Of a stretch of DNA of 64,000 nucleotides, positions 1 to 14,200 are shown piece by piece (within the stretch, counting starts at the first letter, position 1; the number at the start of each line of letters is the position of its first letter). A model generated the notes under the pieces. That model was given only the letters and a program-made list of their open reading frames with translations, did not search any database and was not told the origin of the DNA. The position numbers were made by a program, and so were the translations under genes. Source of the DNA: Antedon mediterranea (Eukaryota > Animalia > Echinodermata); contig NC_092676.1 in NCBI RefSeq assembly GCF_964355755.1, forward strand, positions 15,270,871-15,334,870. Reading direction: 5' to 3'.

Positions 1-1768
1 TGTTATTTTCACTCTACTACAATGTACGATACACTTATAATCTTACATGTATCACACACAGTACACAATTTGACATCGCGCACATTGTATACGCTAGCAT
101 TTCATTCTAATACGCTCACGCACTTTATCGAACATACTTTTAAACCAAACCAAAACCATACAACGACAAGACATCCATCGATTCAGTTCAAAACCATTTT
201 TAGGTAAATTTTGAATTAATTATTTTCTATAAATTCTACCATTTTCATATAAAGATATTGTGGAACCACGTCAGGTCAAGTTCAATATTGAATATCGAAA
301 CGTGGCAGGCTGAAGGCGCTTGACCTTTGACAAGATCGCCTAAATTTTTAGTTTTTAACTTTACAATACTTAGTGTTGTATATTCTGGTACAGCCGCTCC
401 ATGATCTCTTTGCTTTTCTTCCTTATATCTTTACTCTTTTTAAAAGTTTTACTAACGATTTTTATTTTATTTTATTTTATTATATTTATATTTTTGCTTC
501 ATGTACACGACAACTAACGATCAAATAACAGTTTTTCACATCGCAACTTATACAACGTAATTTTGAAAACTACAACCATTTTTCTATATACATACAACGT
601 ACATTTCTAGTCTAACAAAAACATTTTTCTAAACTTTCTATTATTTAAAAGTCGAAGATAGCCAGGTCTCGGGTCCATTCTATTGTCGCCACAGATTGAT
701 ATCTTCATCAGTACTTCTATGAATGGATGATTAGGTGGGAACACGAACGCTAGTTGATCATACCCAGTACCGTTTGATCGTACGATTAATCGGGAAACTA
801 CCTTACGACATTATACAGGCCTAGGTGCCGACATAGATCTCTAGTGGGAGTTAACCATCATAGTCATTCCTCACATTCAAAATCTTTCCTGTAACTAACA
901 ACCCATTCCTTTTTCTATACATCCTATACTACTTATTTATATCCTACCTTTATACCTATGTTATTTTCACTCTACTACAATGTACGATACACTTATAATC
1001 TTACATGTATCACACACAGTACACAATTTGACATCGCGCACATTGTATACGCTAGCATTTCATTCTAATACGCTCACGCACTTTATCGAACATACTTTTA
1101 AACCAAACCAAAACCATACAACGACAAGACATCCATCGATTCAGTTCAAAACCATTTTTAGGTAAATTTTGAATTAATTATTTTCTATAAATTCTACCAT
1201 TTTCATATAAAGATATTGTGGAACCACGTCAGGTCAAGTTCAATATTGAATATCGAAACGTGGCAGGCTGGAGGCGCTTGACCTTTGACAAGATCGCCTA
1301 AATTTTTAGTTTTTAACTTTACAATACTTAGTGTTGTATATTCTGGTACAGCCGCTCTATGATCTCTTTGCTTTTCTTCCTTATATCTTTACTCTTTTTA
1401 AAAGTTTTACTAACGATTTTTATTTTATTTTATTTTATTATATTTATATTTTTGCTTCATGTACACGACAACTAACGATCAAATAACAGTTTTTCACATC
1501 GCAACTTATACAACGTAATTTTGAAAACTACAACCATTTTTCTATATACATACAACGTACATTTCTAGTCTAACAAAAACATTTTTCTAAACTTTCTATT
1601 ATTTAAAAGTCGAAGATAGCCAGGTCTCGGGTCCATTCTATTGTCGCCACAGATTGATATCTTCATCAGTACTTCTATGAATGGATGATTAGGTGGGAAC
1701 ACGAACGCTAGTTGATCATACCCAGTACCGTTTGATCGTACGATTATTCGGGAAACTACCTTACGACA
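1..1768. repeat. 958-bp tandem repeat of unknown class (about 1.85 copies visible, runs off the window edge)
   Basis: 1-810 recurs at 959-1768 with very few substitutions (identical ORFs at 22 and 980). It ends ...CCTTACGACA and joins the 5-kb unit sequence GTTTTAATAAAGTCACTTCC at 1769. Confidence 0.95.
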
Positions 1769-2295
1769 GTTTTAATAAAGTCACTTCCGCAGAAAAAAAA
1801 TTTTAAAAGATATTTTCACTTAAAAAAAAGACAAAATACCATACCAACCAAAAACACATTGACTTCCGTCAATTTGACTATTGTATTTTTGTTTTAAATT
1901 ACAGTTTTTTCAGGTGAATGTTATTGTTACATAAAAGCGGCATATTCAACAAAAACATTTAAAAAAATTTTACATTTTTTGCTGGATAAATATTTTAAAT
2001 GTATGATGTAATACAATGAGTTAATTACTTATGACTTTTGTTAGACAATAATGTCTTGTAAACTTTGAAACACTTAGCCATGCAGTAGAATATCTCAAGG
2101 TTAGATATTTGAACTGGTAGCATAATATTGTCCCCCACCCCTGACAAAATAATTTTTAAATTTCATCATACAATACAGTACAAGAGCATATTAAATACTT
2201 AGCTACACAAAAAAAAAAACAAATAAAAAATAACAAGGAATAAACACATTTTTAGGTATTTATTTTTAGATTGTAATTATATAGAAAATGGTTAC

Positions 2296-5200
2296 CTTTA
2301 ATTTCATTTACAGCTGATTCAACTGGTATGATCGCCAAATTAATGTCTGGATCTTTATAAAACAAAAAATAAGACATTCAAAAAAAAAATTGTGCAGTTT
2401 ATTTATACTATATGAAAACTGCCAAAGAAAAAAAAATAACGGATGATAATTTTGAAGCAGCTATTGTTTATATGTTTGCCCTACTCTGACATAGTTCACG
2501 TCAGAGTAGGGAAAACTTTTAGAATGAAAACTGTACTATAATAGTATCACACCCACTCATACAACAAAAAATTACAAACACATTTTAAAATTCCGATTGG
2601 TCCATGAGGTACGTTTGACTACATTTGTGTATGTTTTCTATGCTATAATTTACCCTTTGGATTTTTGAAGTTATATTTAGATGGACTATTTTGTAATCAT
2701 TAGTGACCATTTTAGGAAAGTTACAGCAAGACTGTATGATTAAATTAAAAAGACCCTGCATCCCGCCTATTGTTGCTCACTCCGCTTTGCAAAGTACTAA
2801 ATATTTTCGTTTTGGGCCCCTGCCTCTAAAATTAATCCTACACATGCCTGTGACAACACCCTTTCTATTACGTAATCCCTTTCTATTTCCATTCCGTTTA
2901 TATTACATAATTGTGTTGACTTAATGTGTTGTATAAACATGCCTAAATGAGTACAATACAATTACTTACACTTGCATTATGTACTGAAAAATGAAGGGAA
3001 ATTTAATGTTTTAAGATAAAACTGTGTAGCACCACCTATCAGTGGAAAGCGCATGGGGACGCGCAAACTGGGAAATAAAGGAGAAACAAAACCAACTCAA
3101 CTACTTGTGCAACAAGTATAAAATAAACACAAAACAAAGCATAAGACACATTAAAGGAAACATAATTGATTAATGAAAATATATGCCTGGAATATACAAC
3201 GTGCAAACATAATTAAAAAGTACAATTACATTAAATAAACTTCACAATTTGTGGTACCACTTCCCAGCTCATTCCCAAACTGAACACATACTAATTTGTG
3301 GTACCATTTCCCAGCTCATTCCCAAACTGCACACATACTAATTTGTGGTACCACTTCCCAGCTCCTTCCCAAACTGCACACATACTAATTTGTGGTACCA
3401 CTTCCCAGCTCCTTCCCAAACTGCACACATACTAATTTGTGGTACCACTTCCCAGCTCATTCCCAAACTGCACACATACTAATTTGTGGTACCACTTCCC
3501 AGCTCATTCCAAAACTGCACACATACTAATTTGTGGTACCACTTCCCAGCTCATTCCAAAACTGCACACATACTAATTTGTGGTACCACTTCCCAGCTCA
3601 TTCCCAAACTGCACACATACTAATTTGTGATACCACTTCCCAGCTCATTCCCAAACTGCACACATACTAATTTGTGATACCACTTCCCAGCTCTTTCCCA
3701 AAATGCAAACTGCAAACATACTAATTTGTGGTACCTCTTCCCAGCTCATTCCCAAACTGCACACATACTAATTTGTGGTACCACTTCCCAGCTCATTCCC
3801 AAACTGCACACATACTAATTTGTGGTACCACTTCCCAGCTCTTTCCCAAACTGCACACATATTAATTTGTGGTACCACTTCCCAGCTCATTCCCAAACTG
3901 CACAGATACTAATTTGTGGTACCACTTCCCAGCTCATTCCCAAACTGCACACATACTAATTTGTGGTACCACTTCCCAGCTCATTCCCAAACTGCACACA
4001 TACTAATTTGTGGTACCACTTCCCAGCTCATTCCCAAACTGCACACATACTAATTTGTGGTACCACTTCCCAGCTCATTCCAAAACTGCACACATACTAA
4101 TTTGTGGTACCACTTCCCAGCTCATTCCCAAACTGCACACATACTAATTTGTGGTACCACTTCCCAGCTCATTCCCAAACTGCACACATACTAATTTGTT
4201 GAAATTGATTGATATTATTGTTTGTAATTTGCATAAAAAAAAATAACCTGAAAAAGGTTACTTACTTTCATCTGTAACACCACCATCACATGTGTCTTTA
4301 TTAGGCATTTTGTCTGAAAACAATGAGAAGAATGCATTACAGTATAACATAATGTAGTTTTATTTAAGTTTTACGTTAGTTACAAAATCCATTTAGAGTT
4401 TTCTAATTTGTTAATTGGAAATTAATAAAGTCACTTCTGCAGAATATTTTTTAAAAGATAATGTTTTTACTTATAAAAAGACAAAAAAAAAAAGTTTCAA
4501 CCAATAACCCATTGACTACCCGTCAATTTGAAAATACCCTGAAAGGTTTCTTACTTTCATCTGTAACACCACCATCACCTTTGTCATTATTAGGCGTTTT
4601 GTCTGAAAACAATGACAAGAATGCATTACAGTATAACATAATGTAGTTTTATTTAAGTTTTAGGTTAGTTACAAATTCAATTACAGTTTTCTAATTTTTA
4701 AATGGAAATCCTCAGCTCCTCAAGTTAGATTTCAAAAAGGAAATGGGGGCATAAGTTCCCACATCCCTTTTTTGAAAAGCTAAGAGAATAGGGTGCAGGT
4801 TAGGGAATATTGACTAGCAACATTATCTTACAAAAAGTAGGCCTACATGTGAATCTGAAAGTATCTGCTTAAAATAAAACTAAAATGAAACAAGAGGTGA
4901 CGGAGGTCACTTAAAAATGGAATTTTACAGTTTTCAGCAAGGTATGGTTACATGAATTGTTGCCATCCACCTAACTATATTATATGAAAGAAAATGATTA
5001 TGAAATATATGGGTGTTATAATTATAGTTGATACATCTAAATTTTATTTTTGTCAACTAAAACCAGTCAATGGCCTGATTTTCTCAACAATAAGAATGGC
5101 TAACAAAACAAATAACACGTAAGTAGGAGGCTAACCATTCTCCATGTTATTCAGTCATATTCAGGTGGGTAAAAATCATGGGAAAGCTGGAGATAAAGAA

Positions 5201-8200
5201 TCGGGCAAAAAGTTTATCACATTTTGGCAACTTAAATAATGGTCACAGTACAGTTTTATATCGGACTGTCATTCCTTTCCAACCAAAATTGGTTTAAAAG
5301 CGGCTTTTCTTTTCTAAAATATCGCTTCATGCCTTTTTTTTTCTATTGTTCTTTTCAGTATACTGAAGTTTCAGAACAATCCCATCATTGATTGAATTAT
5401 ATTTATTCACCACGTCAGATGGCATAAGACCACTTGTTCTTAAATTAAACTGTAGGTTATGAGTACACAAAATGTTTGTGTGTACTTTAAAGAACATAGC
5501 ACCAATGTTGTTTCCCACACTATCCATCAAATTTTGAATAATAATAAAAATTTAGAGCATTAATTCCTCTCAATTTTGGACATTATCATTGTGGTCAAGT
5601 TTAACGGAAAATATTTATATTGCACTTTTAAAACAGTGATTGTTTGAGTGCTGCTACTACAAATGGCACTCAGTCATCTGTCTACAACGACAGGGGCCGA
5701 GATGCACCAGTACAATGTGGCAACCCCAACGACAGGGGCCGAGATGCACCAGTACAACGTGGCAACCCCAACGACAGGGGCCGAGATGCACCAGTACAAC
5801 GTGGCAACCCCAACGACAGGGGCCGAGATGCACCAGTACAACGTGGCAACCCCAACGACAAGGGCCGAGATGCACCAGTACAACGTGGCAACCCCAACGA
5901 CAGGGGCCGAGATGCACCAGTACAACGTGGCAACCCCATATTCTCTGAAATATATGCACTGGATTCTTTAGTGCACATAAACCAGATGTGTAGATTGAAC
6001 CTTTCAAGTCCATTCCAACACCAGACCTATGGTTGAGGAGAGCATAGAACCTGTGCCAATTTTGTGGCTATGGTTTGTCAGTCTGTTCACAAAATAATGC
6101 AATAACAAATATATTAGACATAACATATTAAACATAGGTAATTTAAATTATATTGTGGTATACCTGGCCTACAATGATGGCACTTCAAAACTTTGTAAAA
6201 CAGAGCTTACTTACCAGAATCTGCAAATAACAATGGATCCGTTTCAGTTCCACCATTTATTGAAATCTCAGCTTTAACTATTTTTATAACAAGATAATTA
6301 AAAAATGTTTTTTATTTCTCAGGGTCATTCCTTCCTTCGATCTTAGTAATTGCAATATTAGATAGTTGTGTAACTGCTACATTTCTCAGTACTGTAATTT
6401 GTTCTCTTTCATTAAGTAATGATAAGATGAATGCCGCACAATATTTTTATGAAAATGTTTGAAAAGTACTACCATTATTTTTCCAATGACAATTTTGCAA
6501 AACTCCAGGAGGCGTACTTAATTTCAAACTAACTTTTGTGGCGTTTGCATGTCACCCTATTTGTACACCTGGTTTTTCATTTTTGGCGCAGATTGTATGC
6601 TACTGTCGGTCCTCTATCCTACCTTTGCTAAAACTATACAGTACATACATTCTTCAAAATTCCAATTTCTAAAAAAACTATGTCATTGAGACTATCTTTA
6701 ACGATATATTGTCCTTCCAAAAACATGAAAAATTAGAATTAATAAAAAAACAAGACTTAGAATATGCCATTTCACAGTTTTAATAAAGTCACTTCCGCAG
6801 AAAAAAAATTTTAAAAGATATTTTCACTTAAAAAAAAGACAAAATACCATACCAACCAAAAACACATTGACTTCCGTCAATTTGACTATTGTATTTTTGT
6901 TTTAAATTACAGTTTTTTCAGGTGAATGTTATTGTTACATAAAAGCGGCATATTCAACAAAAACATTTAAAAAAATTTTACATTTTTTTGCTGGATAAAT
7001 ATTTTAAATGTATGATGTAATACAATGAGTTAATTACTTATGACTTTTGTTAGACAATAATGTCTTGTAAACTTTGAAACACTTAGCCATGCAGTAGAAT
7101 ATCTCAAGGTTAGATATTTGAACTGGTAGCATAATATTGTCCCCCACCCCTGACAAAATAATTTTTAAATTTCATCATACAATACAGTACAAGAGCATAT
7201 TAAATACTTAGCTACACAAAAAAAAAACAAATAAAAAATAACAAGGAATAAACACATTTTTAGGTATTTATTTTTAGATTGTAATTATATAGAAAATGGT
7301 TACCTTTAATTTCATTTACAGCTGATTCAACTGGTATGATCGCCAAATTAATGTCTGGATCTTTATAAAACAAAAAATAAGACATTCAAAAAAAAAATTG
7401 TGCAGTTTATTTATACTATCTGAAAACTGCCAAAGAAAAAAAAATAACGGATGATAATTTTGAAGCAGCTATTGTTTATATGTTTGCCCTACTCTGACAT
7501 AGTTCACGTCAGAGTAGGGAAAACTTTTAGAATGAAAACTGTACTATAATAGTATCACACCCACTCATACAACAAAAAATTACAAACACATTTTAAAATT
7601 CCGATTGGTCCATGAGGTACGTTTGACTACATTTGTGTATGTTTTCTATGCTATAATTTACCCTTTGGATTTTTGAAGTTATATTTAGATGGACTATTTT
7701 GTAATCATTAGTGACCATTTTAGGAAAGTTACAGCAAGACTGTATGATTAAATTAAAAAGACCCTGCATCCCGCCTATTGTTGCTCACTCCGCTTTGCAA
7801 AGTACTAAATATTTTCGTTTTTGGCCCCTGCCTCTAAAATTAATCCTACACATGCCTGTGACAACACCCTTTCTATTACGTAATCCCTTTCTATTTCCAT
7901 TCCGTTTATATTACATAATTGTGTTGACTTAATGTGTTGTATAAACATGCCTAAATGAGTACAATACAATTACTTACACTTGCATTATGTACTGAAAAAT
8001 GAAGGGAAATTTAATGTTTTAAGATAAAACTGTGTAGCACCACCTATCAGTGGAAAGCGCATGGGGACGCGCAAACTGGGAAATAAAGGAGAAACAAAAC
8101 CAACTCAACTACTTGTGCAACAAGTATAAAATAAACACAAAACAAAGCATAAGACACATTAAAGGAAACATAATTGATTAATGAAAATATATGCCTGGAA

Positions 8201-11200
8201 TATACAACGTGCAAACATAATTAAAAAGTACAATTACATTAAATAAACTTCACAATTTGTGGTACCACTTCCCAGCTCATTCCCAAACTGAACACATACT
8301 AATTTGTGGTACCATTTCCCAGCTCATTCCCAAACTGCACACATACTAATTTGTGGTACCACTTCCCAGCTCCTTCCCAAACTGCACACATACTAATTTG
8401 TGGTACCACTTCCCAGCTCCTTCCCAAACTGCACACATACTAATTTGTGGTACCACTTCCCAGCTCATTCCCAAACTGCACACATACTAATTTGTGGTAC
8501 CACTTCCCAGCTCATTCCAAAACTGCACACATACTAATTTGTGGTACCACTTCCCAGCTCATTCCAAAACTGCACACATACTAATTTGTGGTACCACTTC
8601 CCAGCTCATTCCCAAACTGCACACATACTAATTTGTGATACCACTTCCCAGCTCATTCCCAAACTGCACACATACTAATTTGTGATACCACTTCCCAGCT
8701 CTTTCCCAAAATGCAAACTGCAAACATACTAATTTGTGGTACCTCTTCCCAGCTCATTCCCAAACTGCACACATACTAATTTGTGGTACCACTTCCCAGC
8801 TCATTCCCAAACTGCACACATACTAATTTGTGGTACCACTTCCCAGCTCTTTCCCAAACTGCACACATATTAATTTGTGGTACCACTTCCCAGCTCATTC
8901 CCAAACTGCACAGATACTAATTTGTGGTACCACTTCCCAGCTCATTCCCAAACTGCACACATACTAATTTGTGGTACCACTTCCCAGCTCATTCCCAAAC
9001 TGCACACATACTATTTTGTGGTACCACTTCCCAGCTCATTCCCAAACTGCACACATACTAATTTGTGGTACCACTTCCCAGCTCATTCCAAAACTGCACA
9101 CATACTAATTTGTGGTACCACTTCCCAGCTCATTCCCAAACTGCACACATACTAATTTGTGGTACCACTTCCCAGCTCATTCCCAAACTGCACACATACT
9201 AATTTGTTGAAATTGATTGATATTATTGTTTGTAATTTGCATAAAAAAAAATAACCTGAAAAAGGTTACTTACTTTCATCTGTAACACCACCATCACATG
9301 TGTCTTTATTAGGCATTTTGTCTGAAAACAATGAGAAGAATGCATTACAGTATAACATAATGTAGTTTTATTTAAGTTTTACGTTAGTTACAAAATCCAT
9401 TTAGAGTTTTCTAATTTGTTAATTGGAAATTAATAAAGTCACTTCTGCAGAATATTTTTTAAAAGATAATGTTTTTACTTATAAAAAGACAAAAAAAAAA
9501 AGTTTCAACCAATAACCCATTGACTACCCGTCAATTTGAAAATACCCTGAAAGGTTTCTTACTTTCATCTGTAACACCACCATCACCTTTGTCATTATTA
9601 GGCGTTTTGTCTGAAAACAATGACAAGAATGCATTACAGTATAACATAATGTAGTTTTATTTAAGTTTTAGGTTAGTTACAAATTCAATTACAGTTTTCT
9701 AATTTTTAAATGGAAATCCTCAGCTCCTCAAGTTAGATTTCAAAAAGGAAATGGGGGCATAAGTTCCCACATCCCTTTTTTGAAAAGCTAAGAGAATAGG
9801 GTGCAGGTTAGGGAATATTGACTAGCAACATTATCTTACAAAAAGTAGGCCTACATGTGAATCTGAAAGTATCTGCTTAAAATAAAAAAAAGAGGTGACG
9901 GAGGTCACTTAAAAATGGAATTTTACAGTTTTCAGCAAGGTATGGTTACATGAATTGTTGCCATCCACCTAACTATATTATATGAAAGAAAATGATTATG
10001 AAATATATGGGTGTTATAATTATAGTTGATACATCTAAATTTTATTTTTGTCAACTAAAACCAGTCAATGGCCTGATTTTCTCAACAATAAGAATGGCTA
10101 ACAAAACAAATAACACGTAAGTAGGAGGCTAACCATTCTCCATGTTATTCAGTCATATTCAGGTGGGTAAAAATCATGGGAAAGCTGGAGATAAAGAATC
10201 GGGCAAAAAGTTTATCACATTTTGGCAACTTAAATAATGGTCACAGTACAGTTTTATATCGGACTGTCATTCCTTTCCAACCAAAATTGGTTTAAAAGCG
10301 GCTTTTCTTTTCTAAAATATCGCTTCATGCCTTTTTTTTTCTATTGTTCTTTTCAGTATACTGAAGTTTCAGAACAATCCCATCATTGATTGAATTATAT
10401 TTATTCACCACGTCAGATGGCATAAGACCACTTGTTCTTAAATTAAACTGTAGGTTATGAGTACACAAAATGTTTGTGTGTACTTTAAAGAACATAGCAC
10501 CAATGTTGTTTCCCACACTATCCATCAAATTTTGAATAATAATACAAATTTAGAGCATTAATTCCTCTCAATTTTGGACATTATCATTGTGGTCAAGTTT
10601 AACGGAAAATATTTATATTGCACTTTTAAAACAGTGATTGTTTGAGTGCTGCTACTACAAATGGCACTCAGTCATCTGTCTACAACGACAGGGGCCGAGA
10701 TGCACCAGTACAATGTGGCAACCCCAACGACAGGGGCCGAGATGCACCAGTACAACGTGGCAACCCCAACGACAGGGGCCGAGATGCACCAGTACAACGT
10801 GGCAACCCCACCGACAGGGGCCGAGATGCACCAGTACAACGTGGCAACCCCAACGACAGGGGCCGAGATGCACCAGTACAACGTGGCAACCCCAACGACA
10901 GGGGCCGAGATGCACCAGTACAACGTGGCAACCCCAACGACAGGGGCCGAGATGCACCAGTACAACGTGGCAACCCCATATTCTCTGAAATATATGCACT
11001 GGATTCTTTAGTGCACATAAACCAGATGTGTAGATTGAACCTTTCAAGTCCATTCCAACACCAGACCTATGGTTGAGGAGAGCATAGAACCTGTGCCAAT
11101 TTTGTGGCTATGGTTTGTCAGTCTGTTCACAAAATAATGCAATAACAAATATATTAGACATAACATATTAAACATAGGTAATTTAAATTATATTGTGGTA

Positions 11201-14200
11201 TACCTGGCCTACAATTACAATGATGGCACTTCAAAACTTTGTAAAACAGAGCTTACTTACCAGAATCTGCAAATAACAATGGATCCGTTTCAGTTCCACC
11301 ATTTATTGAAATCTCAGCTTTAACTATTTTTATAACAAGATAATTAAAAAATGTTTTTTATTTCTCAGGGTCATTCCTTCCTTCGATCTTAGTAATTGCA
11401 ATATTAGATAGTTGTGTAACTGCTACATTTCTCAGTACTGTAATTTGTTCTCTTTCATTAAGTAATGATAAGATGAATGCTGCACAATATTTTTATGAAA
11501 ATGTTTGAAAAGTACTACCATTATTTTTCCAATGACAATTTTGCAAAACTCCAGGAGGCGTACTTAATTTCAAACTAACTTTTGTGGCGTTTGCATGTCA
11601 CCCTATTTGTACACCTGGTTTTTCATTTTTGGCGCAGATTGTATGCTACTGTCGGTCCTCTATCCTACCTTTGCTAAAACTATACAGTACATACATTCTT
11701 CAAAATTCCAATTTCTAAAAAAACTATGTCATTGAGACTATCTTTAAAGATATATTGTCCTTCCAAAAACATGAAAAATTAGAATTAATAAAAAAACAAG
11801 ACTTAGAATATGCCATTTCACAGTTTTAATAAAGTCACTTCCGCAGAAAAAAAATTTTAAAAGATATTTTCACTTAAAAAAAAGACAAAATACCATACCA
11901 ACCAAAAACACATTGACTTCCGTCAATTTGACTTCCGTCAATTTGACTATTGTATTTTTGTTTTAAATTACAGTTTTTTCAGGTGAATGTTATTGTTACA
12001 TAAAAGCGGCATATTCAACAAAAACATTTAAAAAAATTTTACATTTTTTGCTGGATAAATATTTTAAATGTATGATGTAATACAATGAGTTAATTACTTA
12101 TGACTTTTGTTAGACAATAATGTCTTGTAAACTTTGAAACACTTAGCCATGCAGTAGAATATCTCAAGGTTAGATATTTGAACTGGTAGCATAATATTGT
12201 CCCCCACCCCTGACAAAATAATTTTTAAATTTCATCATACAATACAGTACAAGAGCATATTAAATACTTAGCTACACAAAAAAAAAACAAATAAAAAATA
12301 ACAAGGAATAAACACATTTTTAGGTATTTATTTTTAGATTGTAATTATATAGAAAATGGTTACCTTTAATTTCATTTACAGCTGATTCAACTGGTATGAT
12401 CGCCAAATTAATGTCTGGATCTTTATAAAACAAAAAATAAGACATTCAAAAAAAAAATTGTGCAGTTTATTTATACTATATGAAAACTGCCAAAGAAAAA
12501 AAAATAACGGATGATAATTTTGAAGCAGCTATTGTTTATATGTTTGCCCTACTCTGACATAGTTCACGTCAGAGTAGGGAAAACTTTTAGAATGAAAACT
12601 GTACTATAATAGTATCACACCCACTCATACAACAAAAAATTACAAACACATTTTAAAATTCCGATTGGTCCATGAGGTACGTTTGACTACATTTGTGTAT
12701 GTTTTCTATGCTATAATTTACCCTTTGGATTTTTGAAGTTATATTTAGATGGACTATTTTGTAATCATTAGTGACCATTTTAGGAAAGTTACAGCAAGAC
12801 TGTATGATTAAATTAAAAAGACCCTGCATCCCGCCTATTGTTGCTCACTCCGCTTTGCAAAGTACTAAATATTTTCGTTTTGGGCCCCTGCCTCTAAAAT
12901 TAATCCTACACATGCCTGTGACAACACCCTTTCTATTACGTAATCCCTTTCTATTTCCATTCCGTTTATATTACATAATTGTGTTGACTTAATGTGTTGT
13001 ATAAACATGCCTAAATGAGTACAATACAATTACTTACACTTGCATTATGTACTGAAAAATGAAGGGAAATTTAATGTTTTAAGATAAAACTGTGTAGCAC
13101 CACCTATCAGTGGAAAGCGCATGGGGACGCGCAAACTGGGAAATAAAGGAGAAACAAAACCAACTCAACTACTTGTGCAACAAGTATAAAATAAACACAA
13201 AACAAAGCATAAGACACATTAAAGGAAACATAATTGATTAATGAAAATATATGCCTGGAATATACAACGTGCAAACATAATTAAAAAGTACAATTACATT
13301 AAATAAACTTCACAATTTGTGGTACCACTTCCCAGCTCATTCCCAAACTGAACACATACTAATTTGTGGTACCATTTCCCAGCTCATTCCCAAACTGCAC
13401 ACATACTAATTTGTGGTACCACTTCCCAGCTCCTTCCCAAACTGCACACATACTAATTTGTGGTACCACTTCCCAGCTCCTTCCCAAACTGCACACATAC
13501 AAATTTGTGGTACCACTTCCCAGCTCATTCCCAAACTGCACACATACTAATTTGTGGTACCACTTCCCAGCTCATTCCAAAACTGCACACATACTAATTT
13601 GTGGTACCACTTCCCAGCTCATTCCAAAACTGCACACATACTAATTTGTGGTACCACTTCCCGGCTCATTCCCAAACTGCACACATACTAATTTGTGATA
13701 CCACTTCCCAGCTCATTCCCAAACTGCACACATACTAATTTGTGATACCACTTCCCAGCTCTTTCCCAAAATGCAAACTGCAAACATACTAATTTGTGGT
13801 ACCTCTTCCCAGCTCATTCCCAAACTGCACACATACTAATTTGTGGTACCACTTCCCAGCTCATTCCCAAACTGCACACATACTAATTTGTGGTACCACT
13901 TCCCAGCTCTTTCCCAAACTGCACACATATTAATTTGTGGTACCACTTCCCAGCTCATTCCCAAACTGCACAGATACTAATTTGTGGTACCACTTCCCAG
14001 CTCATTCCCAAACTGCACACATACTAATTTGTGGTACCACTTCCCAGCTCATTCCCAAACTGCACACATACTAATTTGTGGTACCACTTCCCAGCTCATT
14101 CCCAAACTGCACACATACTAATTTGTGGTACCACTTCCCAGCTCATTCCAAAACTGCACACATACTAATTTGTGGTACCACTTCCCAGCTCATTCCCAAA

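Noticed and set aside
660-730. Hammerhead ribozyme or retrozyme in the 958-bp repeat (minus-strand CTGATGA followed by an AGAT/ATCT stem)
   Set aside because: The required GAAA after stem II is absent (GTGG follows), and stems I and III cannot be built.
22-1165. 61-aa ORFs in the 958-bp repeat
   Set aside because: Short, compositionally biased and without recognisable motifs; they recur only because of the duplication.
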